Positions 11,738 through 23,441 of a stretch of 64,000 nucleotides of DNA are shown here, one piece after another (positions within the stretch are counted from its first letter, which is position 1; each line of letters begins with the position of its first letter). The notes under the pieces were generated by a model. The model was not told the DNA's origin, ran no database searches, and was given only the letters and a program-made list of their open reading frames with translations. Both the position numbers and the translations under genes were made by a program. This DNA is from Neovahlkampfia damariscottae (taxonomy: Eukaryota), in NCBI GenBank assembly GCA_016618085.1, contig JABLTG010000025.1:62001-126000 (forward strand). The letters are read 5' to 3'.

Positions 11738-12676
11738 TTATTCAAATATTTCACAAATGTATTGATACAAAAAATATGGATAATGAAACACATCCCAAAT
11801 TGAAGGTGAAAAAAAATAAATCTTATCCCAAATTGAAATCTTCTTGTTCTTGATGTATTTTGAAACTAATTTTTTTCCAAATCTAATTTTCAATGGAATA
11901 AATAAACCAAAAATCAAATAAAAAACATAAAAAAAACACTCTAAAAATAACCCATTTTTTGTATTGAATGAATGATCAATATTATCATTTACATTTTCAA
12001 ATAAATAACCAATTCTATAAGAAGCTTCGTTAGAGTAAGAATTGCTATTTATATATTTTATATTTTTCAAATTCAATTCAATTTCTTCAATATCAAATGA
12101 TTTAATATTGTATTTTGAAATCAATTCCCATTGGATATTAAAATCATTTGAATTTTTGATCAAAATAGATTCTTCTCTTGAGTGAATTGTTTTTACTTCT
12201 GTAATTTCACCTTTTTGATCTGTTTTTATGTCTACAAAAAATTCCCAAGAGTCTTTTGTATAATTTATATTCAAATCTAATTTATCTTTCATTAAAGTTG
12301 ATTTGAATTTTCTTAAACATAATCCAACAACAGATTGTTGACATGATTTTAAAATAGCATTTACAAATTCATCTTCTTCAAATTTATTGACTAAAAACCG
12401 AGAAAGACTAACTGGTTTTGTTGGAAAATAATTGTTTTTAAAATTATCTTCGTCAATAGTTTTTGATTGAAATTCTTTTCCTAAGATTTTAAAAAACTTG
12501 AAAATTGATTTTTCAATTGGATCATTTTTTGTACATGAAAATAAAATTTTCTCATTTTTAATGATTTTTATATTCGTCAGTAAATTTAGTACATCTTGTG
12601 TTACTGATAAATCAGATAGTTTTCTTTTTTTATCACAATTTTTTTTTATTTCTAACAACGTTTCATCGATTCTCAT
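11738..12676 (-). CDS. Hypothetical protein with C-terminal hydrophobic segment
   Basis: Intronless ORF of about 312 aa with CCAAT upstream; no motif confidently recognised. Confidence 0.7.
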   Translation of the reverse strand: MRIDETLLEIKKNCDKKRKLSDLSVTQDVLNLLTNIKIIKNEKILFSCTKNDPIEKSIFKFFKILGKEFQSKTIDEDNFKNNYFPTKPVSLSRFLVNKFEEDEFVNAILKSCQQSVVGLCLRKFKSTLMKDKLDLNINYTKDSWEFFVDIKTDQKGEITEVKTIHSREESILIKNSNDFNIQWELISKYNIKSFDIEEIELNLKNIKYINSNSYSNEASYRIGYLFENVNDNIDHSFNTKNGLFLECFFYVFYLIFGLFIPLKIRFGKKLVSKYIKNKKISIWDKIYFFSPSIWDVFHYPYFLYQYICEIFE

Positions 12677-12719
12677 CTGAGTGCACAACTGAGTTTTTTA
12701 ACCAATAAAAGAAGGCAAT

Positions 12720-14240
12720 TTATTTTTTTTGTTTTTTTCTTCGACTTTTTGGTAGTACTTCTATTTTTTTTCCCACTATGAAATCATCATCTTCTGAATC
12801 ATCTGAATATTCATATTTCGGTTTTCTCTTTTTTGAAATGATCGTCTCTGGTTCATTGACAGACAAAGGTTCCTCAGAAGTATAATCAATTTCTTTCATA
12901 ACTTTTTTGGGAGCCTTTTCTATTAGTTGAAGCAAATCAACAGAATTTTCCGAGACATAAACTTTTTTTACAGAAAAATCAGTTTCTTGATCATTTGCTC
13001 TCTTATCTTCAGGTTCTTGATGTAGTATCGTATCGGATTCGAAATCATAGTCGAAACCTTTTGGAAATGAGTCAGATTCAAAATCATCTCTGAAACCTTC
13101 TTGTGGTAAAATATCATTATATTCTTCAATTCCATTATGTTCATAAGCTTCTCTTATTTCTTCTTCTTCAAATGGAATTGCTGCTTCAGGGGCTTCTTTA
13201 TTGATTGAATCATCATCTTCTTGAGAAGTATTTGATTGAACCTTTGCTTTTGAACGAGCACTGATCTTTTCAACATAATCTGAATCATTTTCGTCTTCTG
13301 AAGTTTTTAAAAAACGTGATTTTTTTATCTTTGATGAATTGTTCACATCAGATGACGATTTTTTCTTTTTTACAGTTGACTTCTTCTGGGATGTGGTTTT
13401 TATTTCTTTTTTATTTAAAATCTTTTTAAACTCATTTTTCCCCTCCACTTTTTTCACAGGTTTTCTTTTTGGTTTTTTTGGATTTGAATTTGGATGAAAA
13501 TCATCAAAATCTGAGTCTTCTGAATCATCACTTGATATAATATCTGAATATTTTTTTCTTCTTTTTCTTTTTCTTTGTTGGGTCTTTACATTTCTTTTTG
13601 GTTCTTCTTCTTCATCATGTTGAGATAATTGTGGATATTTCGGTTGTGAATCTATAAACTGTGAATCTGTTTCTAATTCTGGTGATAGTACAAGTTTCTT
13701 TTTTACAGGTATTTTTGATTGAGATGTTCTTCTTTTTCTTTCCAACCAACTTTCAACATCTTCATTTTCATCACTTTCTGATAAATTTGAATCTGTATTT
13801 TTCTTTAGTTTTCTGGTTTTATTTTTTAAAGCAACAATAGGAGACTCTTCTTCCAACTCAACTTCAACTACATCTTGTTCCGAGGTTCCAGCACCCAAAT
13901 CTGAAGAATCATCTGATATGTGCATATTTTTATATTTGGTTTTTGGATTTCTGTTGGTTTTTGATACTTTTGGTTTTTCTTTTTCGTAAATTATAAGTCT
14001 TGGTTTTGATCTCTGTACATTTTTTTTTTTTGAATTAGGTTTCATCATTAATGAATCCATTTTTTTTAAGTTCTGTTGAAATTGTTCAGTATAATCATCT
14101 GAAGAATATTGTTCTTCAATTTGATTGTTTCTTGAGAAATTATGAAATGAATTTTGAATTATTCGATAATTTTGATTTAATTTTCTATCTGTTTGAGATT
14201 TTCCCATGTTTTTACTTTTATTTTTATTCACAAAATTCAT
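12720..14240 (-). CDS. Low-complexity Lys/Asp/Glu/Ser-rich, probably nuclear protein
   Basis: 506-aa ORF with multiple basic NLS-like clusters and acidic SDDSED repeats. Confidence 0.75.
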   Translation of the reverse strand: MNFVNKNKSKNMGKSQTDRKLNQNYRIIQNSFHNFSRNNQIEEQYSSDDYTEQFQQNLKKMDSLMMKPNSKKKNVQRSKPRLIIYEKEKPKVSKTNRNPKTKYKNMHISDDSSDLGAGTSEQDVVEVELEEESPIVALKNKTRKLKKNTDSNLSESDENEDVESWLERKRRTSQSKIPVKKKLVLSPELETDSQFIDSQPKYPQLSQHDEEEEPKRNVKTQQRKRKRRKKYSDIISSDDSEDSDFDDFHPNSNPKKPKRKPVKKVEGKNEFKKILNKKEIKTTSQKKSTVKKKKSSSDVNNSSKIKKSRFLKTSEDENDSDYVEKISARSKAKVQSNTSQEDDDSINKEAPEAAIPFEEEEIREAYEHNGIEEYNDILPQEGFRDDFESDSFPKGFDYDFESDTILHQEPEDKRANDQETDFSVKKVYVSENSVDLLQLIEKAPKKVMKEIDYTSEEPLSVNEPETIISKKRKPKYEYSDDSEDDDFIVGKKIEVLPKSRRKKQKK

Positions 14241-14403
14241 TCAAAGTTTCTATAATGTCTTCTTCTTCTGAGTATAATTGACCAATCAGAAAATAATCGT
14301 TAACCAATCAGAGATTTTTTAAAAACAGAAGTTTTTGTTCAACACGTCTTTAACCACCGTTGATAATTTTAAGAACATACTAACTGCTATAACAAACTCT
14401 GAC

Positions 14404-16476
14404 ATGTATTTAAGACTTGGTTTTCAAAATAGATCACACATTGATGTGCAACTACTCAAAGAAGATTGTACTCTTGAAAACTTACTTGAAGAGGACGACA
14501 TAGTTCAAGAAGCAAGAACACAAAATTCAAAACTGGTTGATTTTTTACTTAAAGAAGAAAATTTAACGAAATTAATTGATTATGTAGCAGTTGAATACAA
14601 ATACACTCCTCCAGAAAAAAAAGAAACACAAGAAGACGTTTTTTCTGATGAAGATGAACAAGAGGTAGAAATTACAAAATTAATGCACAAATACCCTCAA
14701 ATTTGTTGTGACATAATTTGTAGTAACATTGACTCTTTATATGACTCCATTGTTGAAAACCCTGATTATATGAACAAGATATTTTCATACCTCAAAGAAG
14801 AACATATTCAACAATCTTTTTTACTCAACTGGGTTAAACTTTTAACAAGTTTACAAGATAAAAGACCAACACAAGTTTTTTTTTTTTTTTTTTTTTAATT
14901 TTTTATAGATTTTGAAATATGTTCAAGATCATGAGGAGATAATTTCACTTCTTATTGACCATAGCAATTATTTAGAAGTTTTAGATTTACTTTTAATAAT
15001 TTTGAACTTGGAACCTTTAGATGAAGAACAAGAACAAATGTCACTTGGTTTTAATTCCTTATCAAAAGGAAATGACGAAAAAACAGATTCTGATATTGAT
15101 CCAAATGAAATAGCATCAGTAAGCTTCAAAAAAAAAAAAAAAAAGATTAACAATTTTTTAAAAAAGTGGTTTTTGAAAAAAGGTTACATGAAAACAGTAC
15201 TTGATAAACTTGACCCAAAATATGATCCAGATATTCATGCAAATATAACTTATCTCATTGCTGAAATTTTATTACGTGCAACACGTGATATTGAAGAAGA
15301 TATAAATCCTATGGCTCTTTATCTCATTTCAAGTGACTTTGTTAAGACTATTATTCAAACTTTTTTGAAATATGTAACTTTTTACTTTTTTTTTAATTTT
15401 TTTTTATTAAGGCAAACACAACTGTTCTTTCAGAAGGAATTCCTTTATTATCAGTAATTATTGAAGTTTCATTTAGTATAATGATTCAAAAAAAACAAAA
15501 ACAAATTCCAGAAGCAGTTCAAGTTATTTTATCAAGTTTGAAAGAATTTACAGATCTTTTGATTGATCCAAAGGTAAATTATAACTCAAAGGTTTTAAAC
15601 TGTTTTATTAGGATCTTAAACCTATAGAAACAACTTTTGGAAAACTTGAACCACCTCTTGGTGTTATGCGTTTAAAAGTAATTGAATTTTTAGTGCAACT
15701 TTATCGTATTAACTCACCAACTGTTGAACGTGAATTACTCAAATATAATATTATTGGATCAATTTTACAATTAGTACTTCGTTATGAACATAACTCACTT
15801 TTACATAATATGTTTTTAACTTTAATGACATTTATTCTTGGTGGAGAAAGTACAGAAATCAAAAAAACAGTAAACAAAAAAGACCGAATTATTTAACAAA
15901 TTTCTTTAGTTATTTTTAGATTATCACATTTGTGATATTATTGTCAAAGGGTTTACAGAAGATAGAGCACAACATAAAGAAACATCAACACATAAAGGTT
16001 ACATGGGTCATTTTATAATTACAGCAAATTCAATTGAAAAAGCAAAAAGTTCACAACCACTTTTACAAGAACTTGTTGAACAATGTAAAGAATGGGAAGA
16101 TTTTGTTGAAAGTGAATTAGAACCTCAAAATGCACTTGAAAATCAAGAACTTGGTGGACCATTACCACATGATGATTTATTGGATGATGACTTTGATAAT
16201 CAATTTCAAGACTTTGAACAAGATGATGATGATGATTTTAATGATGATGATTATATGAAAGGTGACTCAGATTCAGATGATTCAGATGATGAAATCATCA
16301 GAAGAAAATCATATAGTGATTCAGATGATTCTGATTCTGATGATGAAACAATGGTTCGTAAAACAACTGTTTCAGATAATAAAAATGTACAGAAAGAATT
16401 ATTAGACAATAATATTGGTGCTTCATTTGCTTTATGGAGTATTTCAAATGATCCTATCATCAATGAAGAATTCTAA
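14404..16476 (+). CDS. SIT4-associated protein (SAPS) / PP6 regulatory subunit; about 5 introns
   Basis: N-terminal LENLLEEDDIVQE..N.KLVDFL, KYPQICCDII, PPLGVMRLKVIE and GYMGH motifs; acidic tail. Confidence 0.9.
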
Positions 16477-16562
16477 AATTAAAATTTTTTATTTATCTTT
16501 TCCTTTGTTCTTTTGAGATAAAAGAATAATTTTTGAATAAAATAAAAACTTGTATTTTTGAA

Positions 16563-17307
16563 TTAGAGTTTTGATTTAAAAGCTGCTTCAATTGCTGCTT
16601 TTGTTTGTTCCCAAACTTCGGTAATAGATTTTGAGCCATCAATTTTAACAGCATTTGGATACCATTTTGTGAAGTCATCCATTTCATCATGATAAGTTTT
16701 AAGTCTATCTTTTGCTTTATTAACGTTATCAGTTGATCTTTGAGTACATCTTGCTTTAATTTCTTCAGTTGGAGGTGGATTGAAAACAAGATGATAAGTA
16801 ACTCCTGTAACTGGATCTGTTACTCTTCCACTTTGTCTATCAATTGATAATTGGTCTGATACATCAACAAATAAAACTAAATCTGGAACAATATTCATTT
16901 CTTTTAAAGTTTCAAAGTTTTCAAGTGATCTTGGATAACCATCAAGAATATATCCTTTTCTTGTAACATTTTCGGATTCTATTTTTTTTTGAAGTAATGG
17001 ATTTACGAGTTTTTGTGGTACCAATCCTCCATTGTCAACATAAGTTTTTGCTTCTTTTGACCATGCGTTGTCTTTTTTCAATTCAGCACGAATTAAATCA
17101 CCTGTAGCAACGTGTACAAGATCATATTCTTTGATGATGGATTCTGAAACAGTTCCTTTCAAAAAAATATTAAAATTCTCATGTGGGAATAATACCTTTT
17201 CCACTTCCTGGAGGACCAGCAATAATGATGTTGAGTTTTCTTGGTTTGTAAAAGTTGTTGATGACAGCGTAAAGACCTACTGCTCCTACAAAATAAAGTG
17301 ATTCCAT
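16563..17307 (-). CDS. Adenylate kinase with N-terminal hydrophobic segment and C-terminal PTS1 (SKL); 1 intron
   Basis: Spliced P-loop GPPGSGKGT, ATGDLIR, GYILDGYPR and LID region DPVTGVTYH. Confidence 0.92.
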
Positions 17308-17347
17308 TGGTTTGTGTTAACCAATCAGAGAATCACCAGATAAAAAA

Positions 17348-17505
17348 ATGTACTTTTTAATTAAAGTCACTAATTTATGTAGGTTCAATAAATCTGATTG
17401 GATTGACAAAAAAAATATCTTTCTTTGTTTGGAGAGTATTAAAAGTAAGTTTAGATAGCAAATTTGCTATTAAACATGTGTTTTTCAGGTAACCTAATGA
17501 GTTAA
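17348..17505 (+). CDS. Candidate 26-aa microprotein with 2 introns
   Basis: CCAAT at 17321; introns 17350-17382 and 17445-17488; spliced ORF MFNKSDWIDKKNIFLCLESIKSNLMS*; AATAAA at about 17532. Confidence 0.45.
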
Positions 17506-17596
17506 CTTCAAAGCAAATTTAACTTTTATTCAATAAAATTTTCAAAAATGGTTGAAAAAAAAAAATGTTTCATTGGTTAAAAAATTAAACACAAAC

Positions 17597-17956
17597 ATGC
17601 AACAACCACAACAACAACAACAACAAAATACAAATAATGAAGGCGATTTGATGACACAATTTCAGTATTTCTTTGATACTTTAGGCGAATCTAATCTACC
17701 AAAAAAATACACAACAAGAGCTAAAACATTAAATACTGCAAATGCTGAACTTTTTAACAAAACTTCACATCTTGTTGGTGGAACATATCACAATATAAAT
17801 CAAACTGTATCATCATTAAATCCTCATGTCACCGACACTTTGAACACCATTCAATCCACTGGAAGAAATGTTACTTTTTTCAATGATCAATTATTTTTGT
17901 TGACAAAAAATTTAGAAAAATGTTTTGATGAATATCCAGGAATGTTAAAATTATAA
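17597..17956 (+). CDS. Small coiled-coil protein, BLOC-1 subunit 3-like
   Basis: Poly-Q N-terminus; LVGGTY...VSSL...V.....L..L...L pattern resembles the BLOS3 C-terminal domain by eye. Confidence 0.45.
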   Translation: MQQPQQQQQQNTNNEGDLMTQFQYFFDTLGESNLPKKYTTRAKTLNTANAELFNKTSHLVGGTYHNINQTVSSLNPHVTDTLNTIQSTGRNVTFFNDQLFLLTKNLEKCFDEYPGMLKL

Positions 17957-18009
17957 AGATTTTTTATTTATTTTTTTCCTCATCCAATCATTTCATTTTT
18001 TCCTAAAAC

Positions 18010-19057
18010 ATGAAATTGGCAACAGTAAACGATGGTACACGTGATGGTAAATTAATTATTGTTTCAAGAGACAATAAAAAGTATGTTGATGCTTCAGATA
18101 TTGCATGTTGTTTACAAGCAGCTTTGGATGATTGGAAAAATACTGAACCAAAACTCCTCGCAAGATTTAAAGATTTACAAGACGGAAAGATTGAAGGAAA
18201 AGATTTAGATGTTTCAAAACTTCATTCACCATTACCAAGAGCTTATGAATGGATTGATGGTTCTGCTTATGTTCTTCTTTTTTTTTTTTTTTAATATTTT
18301 CTTAGATCAACCATGTTGTTCTTGTTCGTAAAGCAAGAAATGCTGAACCACCATCAACTTTAAAAACAGATCCATTAGTTTATCAAGGAGGCTCAGGTAC
18401 TTTCTTGGCACCTACAGAAGATATTGCTCATTTTTCAGAAGACTTTGGTATTGATTTTGAAGCTGAAGTTGGAGTTATTGTAGATGATACTCCAATGGGA
18501 ACAAAAAAAGATAAAGCTGAAGAACATGTTAAACTTATTGTCATTTTAAATGATGTTACTTTAAGAAACAAAATTCCTTCTGAATTAGCAAAGTCATTTG
18601 GTTTCTTTGTCTCAAAACCAAGGTTAGAATTCATCAAATTTTAAATTTTAAAAGTACTGCTTTTGCACCATTTGCTTGTACTCCTGATGAACTTGGTGAT
18701 TCTTGGAAAGAAGGAAGAGTTCATTTACCTTTAGTTTCAACTTATAATGGTTCAAAATTTGGAGACCCAGAATCAGGTCCAGAAATGTGGTTTTCTTTTC
18801 ATGATTTAATTGAACATGTTACTCAATCAAGATCATTAACAGCAGGCTCAATCATTGGATCAGGAACAGTTTCAAATGAAGATGTATCAAAAGGATCTAG
18901 TTGCTTGGCTGAAAAAAGAATGCTTGAAAAAATCAACACTGGTAACTTTGTCACTCCATTTATGAAATTTGGTGATACTATTGAAATTGAAATGAATGAT
19001 AAAAATGGAAATTCATTATTTGGAAAAGTTTCTCAAAAAGTTGTTCAAAAAAAATAA
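18010..19057 (+). CDS. Fumarylacetoacetate hydrolase family protein (bacterial-like); 2 introns
   Basis: PLPRAYEWIDGSAYINHV, DPLVYQGGS, DFEAEV, LNDVTLR, FGFFVSKP and GSIIGSGTVS motifs. Confidence 0.9.
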
Positions 19058-19170
19058 ATTTTTTGACTATTTTTCCCACCTTCCATTTTTCTGTTCGGAA
19101 ATAAGATTTATCCAATGATTTTAATTGACCAATTAGATCATCTCTATATTTTATAAACTCCGCTTCAGTT

Positions 19171-21312
19171 ATGAGTGAATTTGTTAAAGTCCAAAGACAC
19201 AATGATGTCATGGTTATTATTCTCAATAATGCTCCAGTTAATGCTTTAAGTCAAAGAATGGTTATACCATTACAAAAACATTTTGAAGAAGCTCAAAAAG
19301 ATTCTTCTATAAAAGCTATTGTAATCACAGGAACTGGAAAATTTTTTGTGAGTGGAGCTGATATCAAAGAATTTTCAAAACCAATGAAAGGAGTACAAAT
19401 CAATAAATGGTTTGATATGGTTGAAGAAAGCAAAAAACCAGTTGTTATTGCTTTAAATGGAATTGCATTAGGAGGTGGTCTTGAATTAGCAATGTCAGGT
19501 CATTACCGTATTTCTATGGCTAAAACAGGTCGTTTTGGATTAGTTGAATTGAAAATTGGATTATTACCAGGTTTTAATTTTTCATTTTTTTTTTTAACAT
19601 ATTTTTCAGGTGCTGGTGGTACACAAAGATTACCAAGACTTGTAGGTGTTAAAAAAGCAACAGAAATGATGTTTAATGGACAAGAAATTAAATCAGAAGA
19701 AGCTTTAAAACACGGTTTAGTTGATGAAGTAGTTAACACAAATGAAGAATTATTAACAGCTGCTATTTATAATGCACGTAGACTTGTTGGTAAAGAACTT
19801 AGAAGATCACTTGAACTTTCTGATAAATTTGGACCATTATGGCAAGAAGAACAATTAGTAGCAAATATGTTAGGAAAATTAGATAAAGCAGGAAAAACAA
19901 GAAACCAAATTCACTTTAAACTTACAGCAGAATGTATTATTACAGGTATTTTAAAAGGACCAAAACAAGGTTTAAAAGTTGAATGGAATAATTTTGTAAA
20001 ATGTTTAACACATCCAGTTTCAAGAGGATTGATGAATATCTTTTTTGCTCAAAGACAATGTTCAAATGTACCTGGTATTACAGATAATAAAAATCTTCAA
20101 GCACAAAAAGTTAAATATGTTGCTGTTATTGGAGGAGGTACAATGGGTTCTGGTATTATTACATGGTTATTAAGTAATGGAATGAGAGTTCTTTTGAAAG
20201 AAATTAATCAAAAAGCAATTGAAGCTGCAAAAGAAAAAATTACAGGAAACTTTAAAATGGCTGTAAAAATGGGTAAATTACATCCTGCTAAAATTCCACA
20301 TATCATGAAATTACTTAAATGTGTTGATACTTATGAAGATTTTGAAAAAGTTGATATGGTCATTGAAGCTGTTTTTGAAGATATTAAACTTAAACAAAAC
20401 ACTTTTATTGATTTAGAAAAACATACAAGAAAAGATTGTGTTTTAGCTTCAAATACTTCAACAATTTCACTTGATGTTATTGGTGCAAAAACAAATTGTA
20501 AAGAAAGAATTATTGGTGTTCATTTCTTTGCTCCTGCTCATGTTATGCCTTTAGTTGAAGTTATTAGAAATGATGACACAAGTGATCAAACAATTCTTTC
20601 ATGTGTTGAATTCATAAAGAAATTTAAAAAAACAGTTGTTGTTGTTAAGAATTGTGTTGGATTTTTAGTCAATAGAGTTTTTGGACAAGTTGGATCAGCA
20701 GGTGCATTTTTAGTTCATTGTGGTGTTGATTTATATAGAATTGATGAAGCAATGTATAAATTTGGTATGGCTATGGGTCCATTTAGAACAGGTGATCTTT
20801 CTGGAAATGATATTGGAAAACATTTCACTGGTATTTTATCTGCTGAATATGGTGATCGTTTAATTCAATCTACTTTAGTTTCAAAATTAGTTGAAGCAGG
20901 TCGTTTAGGTGAAAAAACTGGAAAAGGATATTACAAATATGAAAAAAGAAAACAAATGAAAGACCCTGAACTTTATCCAATCATTGAAGAATCAACAAAA
21001 GAATTTCATCAAAGATATTCAAATTTACCAAAAAAATTAGAAATTTCGGATGAAGATATTGCAAATTTATTAGTTTTTTCACTTATTAATGAATCATGTC
21101 GTTGTTTAGAAGAAGGTATTGCTATTCGTCCATCAGATGTTGATGTAGCATTCGTTTTTGGTTTAGGATTTCCAGCTTATAGAGGTGGTGTTATGCATTA
21201 CGGAAAAACATATGGTTATCATAAAGTATATGAATTCTTAAATTCATTCTATCAAAAATATAACCTTGAATTTTTCAAACCTTCAGAATATCTTAAAAAA
21301 TCAAAATTATAA
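19171..21312 (+). CDS. Peroxisomal multifunctional beta-oxidation protein (enoyl-CoA hydratase/3-hydroxyacyl-CoA dehydrogenase), PTS1 SKL; in-frame 39-nt intron at about 19571-19609
   Basis: GADIKEF, ALGGGLELA, GGTQRLPRL, GGGTMG, ASNTST and HFFAPAHVMPLVE motifs. Confidence 0.95.
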   Translation: MSEFVKVQRHNDVMVIILNNAPVNALSQRMVIPLQKHFEEAQKDSSIKAIVITGTGKFFVSGADIKEFSKPMKGVQINKWFDMVEESKKPVVIALNGIALGGGLELAMSGHYRISMAKTGRFGLVELKIGLLPGFNFSFFFLTYFSGAGGTQRLPRLVGVKKATEMMFNGQEIKSEEALKHGLVDEVVNTNEELLTAAIYNARRLVGKELRRSLELSDKFGPLWQEEQLVANMLGKLDKAGKTRNQIHFKLTAECIITGILKGPKQGLKVEWNNFVKCLTHPVSRGLMNIFFAQRQCSNVPGITDNKNLQAQKVKYVAVIGGGTMGSGIITWLLSNGMRVLLKEINQKAIEAAKEKITGNFKMAVKMGKLHPAKIPHIMKLLKCVDTYEDFEKVDMVIEAVFEDIKLKQNTFIDLEKHTRKDCVLASNTSTISLDVIGAKTNCKERIIGVHFFAPAHVMPLVEVIRNDDTSDQTILSCVEFIKKFKKTVVVVKNCVGFLVNRVFGQVGSAGAFLVHCGVDLYRIDEAMYKFGMAMGPFRTGDLSGNDIGKHFTGILSAEYGDRLIQSTLVSKLVEAGRLGEKTGKGYYKYEKRKQMKDPELYPIIEESTKEFHQRYSNLPKKLEISDEDIANLLVFSLINESCRCLEEGIAIRPSDVDVAFVFGLGFPAYRGGVMHYGKTYGYHKVYEFLNSFYQKYNLEFFKPSEYLKKSKL

Positions 21313-21332
21313 ATATTTTATTTTTTTTTTTT

Positions 21333-23389
21333 TCAATAACCTAATTGTTCCATTAATAGTTTGACTTTATTTAAATCACCAACTTGTTCAATTTCATAAC
21401 CTTTTGGATATTGTTTGTAATATTCAATTGATGATTTCAAAATATTTTCAAAATTGATTTCTTCAATTTCAAAATTTAATACTTTTTTTGCATGATTTGA
21501 ATCAGGTATTATTTTTGTTTCTTTTGATTTTGAATATTTAAAATCAATTTTTTTATCCAATAATTTTTCAAATAATCTTAAAATTTGTAAATCTGAATAT
21601 TGATGTTTTCCACTTGATCCAATATTGAAAATGTCAAATTTACCACCATTGAATAAATAATTAATAGCCTTTAAATTTGCATTTGCGACATCATCAACAT
21701 GAATATAATCCCTAATAACATTCTTTTTTAAAATGATTTCATTTTCATTTTTCAAAATACTTTCAATCAAATCATTTTGGTTTTTATGAAATTGTCCAAT
21801 TTTCTTTTGAAAATTTGAACCACAAACTTTTGAATATCTTAATATAACAGATTCAATTCCATATGATTTTCTTGCCAATTTTAAGAATCTTTCAATGATT
21901 AATTTTGTTTCTAAAAATGAATTCAAATCAGATTTCAAAGAACTTTTTTCTGAAATCAATTCATTGGATGACTCATAAATCTCAGATGTTGAAGCAAAAA
22001 CCATTTTTTTTAAATTTGAATTTTTGATTTTTTTGATAAGTCTAATAATTGAAAAGACATTATTTTCATAATTCGAAATTAGATCATCTTTTCCTTGAAC
22101 ATTTGAAGAACCAATCAAAAACTATCAAAAAAAATGAGATCTTTTTTTTTTTTCATTACCATTACCAATTCAATTTTCGATGTTTCAATTAAATTTGATA
22201 TAAATTTCAAATCTTTGATTGATTTTCTTATAAAAATGATTGATTTCTCATTTCTAATTGAATTGTTAATACCTGATGATCCATCATCTAAAACAAAAAC
22301 TTTGTAAGTTCTTTTAAGTTTCAAGATAGTATGTAAACCAATATATCCCAAACCACCAACAACCAAAATTTTAGGTTTATTCAATACTTTCATTTTCAAT
22401 TTTTGACCATCAATCAAAAAACTCTTTTTCTTTTCTATTATGTAGTTATGATAAAATTTGAAGGAGTGAAGTTTCAAATATTCTTTTGTGAAAATAATAT
22501 TCAAATCTAAACCTGATGGTGGTAATAAATGAAATTTGAAATTTGAATATTCTTTAAAGAACAATTTAGTTGATTTTGATTTGACAAGATAGACAAATCC
22601 GAATGGTTCATAATTTTTTATAGTTTTATCACTAATTTTCTGTTTGAAATCCGAGACTACTGTGGACAGGAATTTTTGATAATTAGCTGGATTTGTTGCC
22701 ATTGAAAGAAATGGATGTGATTTTTTCAAAATTTGATTAGAAATTTCGTCGATTTCAATTTTGGTATTTTTATGTAATTTGAGCATTAATTCACCTGTTA
22801 AAGTTCCTGGTATGATATCTTTTTCAGCATATAATGAAAAAAATGAAGTTGAAATATTTGCGAAATAATTCTGAAAGTTTTGGTCTACTACTAATGGAGC
22901 TGCGAATGTCAATGATTTAAATTTATATTTTGAAAGTTTTAGAGTTGATAAAATAGAAATTGCGCCTCCAATTGAATGACCAATTAAAAAAATTTCTTTC
23001 AAATTTTTGATTTTTTTTTTAATTTCCGTCCAATTAAATGAATTCATTAAATCATAAATGCCTGAATGAACTTTAATCTCATTTTTTAATTTAATCGGTT
23101 TCACTTCTAAATTTTGAATCACTTCTTCCCAATTCTTATTCAGATACAAAAAATTTAAATAACCAACGCCATCCAATGTTTCACAAAGTAAAATCTCGGT
23201 TTGATTATTATTTGAGTATTTAACAGTTTCTTTTTTCCAAATTGTTTCGTCTAATTTTGAATGCAAATTTTTATGAAAACTGATAATGTCCAAGGATTGT
23301 TGAAATTGTTGGTATGTTATTTCTGAAGATATACATTCAATTAAAACAAAAAAAATGAATAACAAAAAAGCTCCGCTTCTCTTCTGCAT
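21333..23389 (-). CDS. Fusion: signal peptide + class 3 lipase + NAD-dependent epimerase (GalE-like); intron 22122-22159
   Basis: VHSG, GHSIGG, TFAAP and DIIP (lipase 3), then in the same ORF GGLGYIG; after the intron FASTS, LRY and IRDYIHVDDVA..N. Confidence 0.75.
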
Positions 23390-23441
23390 CAGATTTCTTT
23401 GGAATTGGTGGATAATTTGATTGGTAGAAGAATCTTTATTT

